DNA from: Paramicrosporidium saccamoebae KSL3
Taxonomy: Eukaryota; Fungi; Cryptomycota
Direction: 5' to 3'
Assembly (NCBI GenBank): GCA_002794465.1
Contig: MTSL01000151.1
Location: forward strand, 27,296 to 35,744
DNA: 8,449 nucleotides
This document shows positions 5,858 to 8,449 of the stretch, piece by piece; the stretch's first letter is position 1; each line of letters begins with the position of its first letter. The translations under genes were made by a program, and so were the position numbers. The notes beneath the pieces were generated by a model. It saw nothing but the letters and a program-made list of their open reading frames with translations. It was not told where the DNA came from and searched no databases.

Positions 5858-8449
5858 ATGCCCACTGTTAGCGGCGGGCTAACATTGAGACATTGCGCGC
5901 CATTTGTGAGGGCTGGGGAACAGTGGTGTCGCGATGGAGACTTGACATTGATGAATGTGCTCTTGGACTTGTTTACTGCGCTGGGGAGTGAGCTGTCAAT
6001 GTTGGAATGTACGTCACCGTATTTGAACATGTTCAAGGACAACTGTACAATTTTGATGTAGCAGAGTGATTAGTAGTTTGTGCTCTGTGGGAGAAGTTTG
6101 GTGATTGTGGACTGGGAGGGTATGATATTGTTGGTCCGATTGGCAGTGGTGCCCACGGAACAGTAGACGTGACTTTTGTTTGAGGTGGTAGGTTGACATT
6201 GGGAGGAGGTTGGATGATGGCGCGATTGTCGCTGTGAAGAAGATTTGCAAGTCTCGCGTTCTTCAAACTGGTGAGGTTGCCAGCATTCTGATGGAAAGGA
6301 TTGTCCTCAGCCAGCCATCTCGATGGCTCTTGCCCCTGTGGGAGGCGTTTCAGGATTGGGACAATCTCTACTTGGTCACAGAGTTCATGTTCGGAGGCAG
6401 TTTGGAAGATCTTTCTGCTCGTCCAGACTACTTGTATGGCAGTGAGGAGAGCAAAAAATTGCCAGAGGAGACGGTTCAATTTTACATGGCAGAGCTGCTT
6501 CTGGCAATTGAAGAATTGCATTCAATCGGATTCGTACATCGCGATGTGAAGCCAGGAAATGTGCTAATAGGCCGCGATGGCCATATTAGATTAGCCGACT
6601 TTGGATGTGCTGCGCGACTGGCTTCTGATGGAAAGGTAAACGCTCCAATGCGCTTTCCTTTCAGTATCATTGTAGTGTAGCTGTAGGTACTCAGGACTAT
6701 TTAGCGCCGGAAGTCCTGTTGGCGCAGGAAAAGCCGACACGACTGGGAACCCAGTCGGATTTGTGGAGCTTTGGAGTGACCATGTACGACTTACTAAGCG
6801 GTGATACTCCATTTTATGACATGTCCACTCTACACACTTATCATCGCATCAAGAATCACAAGGTACACAGAGTTCAAGTCTCATCTGCAGGATTACTTAA
6901 AGTTTGATCAAAGTGTATTCAGTGGAGAGGCCATTGATCTATTGCAAAACTTGATTTGCGACGTAGAGGATAGATTTACCATTTCGCAGGCGAAGGAGCA
7001 CTTGTTCTTCAAGGGGATCAATTGGGAGACAGTCTCCCATAAGGAGCCCCCATTTATACCAATGGAATGCGACGATTTGCGTGAATATCTGCAGCCGCCG
7101 GAAGAGGATGATGAAGGTACAATTACCAGGCCATTTAGGACGAGAACTAAAGACTTTGTGGGGCTAAACTTGCCCTTTGTTGGATTCACATGGCCGCGAC
7201 GTAAGCTGATGATTGCTGAAGAGTCAGTAAGAAGAAAATCCAACTCGGTGTCCTCGGCGTCGTCTGTGAGTCTGTCGCAAGTCTCGCTATCAGAGGCCTC
7301 CATGCGGTTGAAGACACGTTCATCTCTCTCCTTGGCCCCCATCAAAGAGGAACCACTGGTGGAACAATTGGAGGCTGATGGCACAATGGGATATGCATTA
7401 GAAGAGGCGAAATTGCAATTGGAGTGGCGCGAGAGTGAGCTAAGGGAACAGCAGATGGAAAATGAAACTCTGCAAAGGAAAGTGGAAACTCTGCAAGGCA
7501 TCAATGAGGTGGATCGTAAAAAGATTAACGAGCTGGTCAGAAAGCTAGAGGATACTCTGCTGAACGGATCACCACTCACTAGCCGACGAGGATCCGATAT
7601 CAAGAATGATGGAAAGGAGAAAAAGATGAGACAGGAAATGCGACAAGTGGAACAAAAGTATTTGCGTGAATGCCAAGTTAGGGAGCAGTTGGAGCTAGAA
7701 TTGGCCGAGATAAAGGCACACAAAGCAATGCTCGAGTTGGAACTATCGACCCTCCAGCTGCAATTTCAGAACGATACCCACAGCATTGCGTCTGTACATC
7801 GATCACCGCCAAAAGATGCGCGTTCCAGACGGGGAACTGGTGGATCTTTTAGTGTATTCCGTAGCCTTATGAAATCCTCAGAGCTGAAAGCAATCAAATC
7901 AACCATTGAGGGTTATTTGAAGATTCCCTCGATTTCTGGGAAAAAGGTTACTTGGAAAAAGTCGTATTTTTCGCTTCACGATAATGTCCTTTGGGTTGGC
8001 GACAAGGCCAAAGGCACCATGACGCACTTTCTTTCGCTGCAATGCGAGGCATTCTGGATACAGCCGGTCGGTGCTCGTGAATTGCCTCAAATCCCTGCCA
8101 AACAGACTCTCGAGTGTTTCAAAATACGGTCCTGTGGCAAGGACATGTCAGTCCATCTGTCCCGATCCTCTTCAAAACTAAATCTCACCTCTCGTAATGA
8201 TGGGGTGGGCAATATGGAGGATGTTGCTGTTGCTTTGGAGAGAGAGGTAAAGGTCAGAGAGGGTGCTCGGCAAATGTTGGATGTTGCCACATCAGACGAG
8301 GTAAAGACGCAAATTCAGTACCATTTGGATGCATCAGACCGCAAAATTGAAGACTTGAAGCTACGACTTGCAACCAATACGACTGCAGGCGGAGCAATGA
8401 CTGATTTTAACGGCCACTTCTTAGAGCCTCTGACAAGTGTTGGTAGGAT
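5858..8449 (+). CDS. ROCK/MRCK/citron (DMPK-family) AGC Ser/Thr kinase, 3'-partial, join(5858..6044,6074..6162,6192..6635,6665..6862,6891..>8449)
   Basis: N-terminal LLDLFTAL extension; IGSGAHGTV, VAVKK, HRDVKPGN, DFG, SVAVGTQDYLAPE, DLWSFG, GDTPFY, FFKGINWE, PPFIP and hydrophobic motif LPFVGFT (7170-7190). Then a coiled coil, PH-like IEGYLKIP...WKKSYF (from 7905), an HR1-like segment (8214-8372) and a C1-like start FNGHF (from 8406). The frame 6891-8449 has no stop, so the ORF track missed it. Confidence 0.9.
6045..6073 (+). other. Intron, 29 nt (or 32 nt to 6076; kinase intron 1)
   Basis: GTACAA...TAGTAG; both acceptors restore the frame into YDIVGPIGSG. Confidence 0.75.
6163..6191 (+). 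other. Intron, 29 nt (kinase intron 2)
   Basis: GTAGAC...GTAG; gives GAHGT|VDIGRR...VAVKK with normal kinase subdomain I-II spacing. Confidence 0.82.
6636..6664 (+). other. Intron, 29 nt (kinase intron 3)
   Basis: GTAAAC...TTCAG; gives DGK|YHCSVAVGT, the same spacing as DGTVQSSVAVGT in MRCK-type activation loops. Confidence 0.9.
6863..6890 (+). other. Intron, 28 nt (kinase intron 4)
   Basis: GTACAC...GCAG; gives IKNHK|DYLKF and opens the long terminal exon. Confidence 0.9.

Noticed and set aside
6908-7723. 271-aa minus-strand ORF
   Set aside because: It is the antisense shadow of the kinase's last exon; the Ser/Leu/Phe-rich composition is what the reverse complement of Glu/Lys-rich coiled-coil codons gives.
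5310-8290. Other short ORFs in the track (5310-5606, 5800-6042, 6014-6250, 6033-6521, 6301-6549, 6482-6670, 6591-6812, 7899-8090, 8087-8290)
   Set aside because: They are alternative-frame or antisense overlaps of TIM21 or the kinase, with no independent support.
58-8449. Pseudogenes, frameshifts or stop-codon readthrough explaining the broken ORFs
   Set aside because: Every break is resolved by a 28-32 nt GT-AG intron that restores conserved motifs under the standard genetic code.

Overview
Gene-dense eukaryotic genomic DNA with six protein-coding genes and very little intergenic space. The gaps are 76 nt, a 21-nt overlap, 45 nt, 294 nt and 70 nt. The six-frame ORF track fragments four genes because they carry ultra-short GT-AG introns: I can place 13, all 28-32 nt, and each restores the frame. 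Left to right: (1) an orphan ~483-aa helical protein, joined from ORFs 58-711 and 739-1539, with a signal-peptide-like N-terminus and a C-terminal WDDF; (2) a Zip3/RNF212-type meiotic RING protein with 5 exons; (3) GPI mannosyltransferase I (PIG-M/Gpi14, minus strand), overlapping gene 2 by 21 nt; (4) NMN adenylyltransferase with 5 exons; then a minisatellite with a conserved dyad core in the only large intergenic gap; (5) TIM21 (minus strand); (6) a ROCK/MRCK/citron-family AGC kinase that runs off the window, with an HR1-like domain apparently inserted into a split PH-C1 module. The compact layout, fungal-like housekeeping genes and ROCK-like kinase suggest an early-diverging fungus or close relative with a reduced genome (e.g. 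Rozellomycota-like). That assignment is inference only. No CRISPR array, RNA gene or mobile element is supported.
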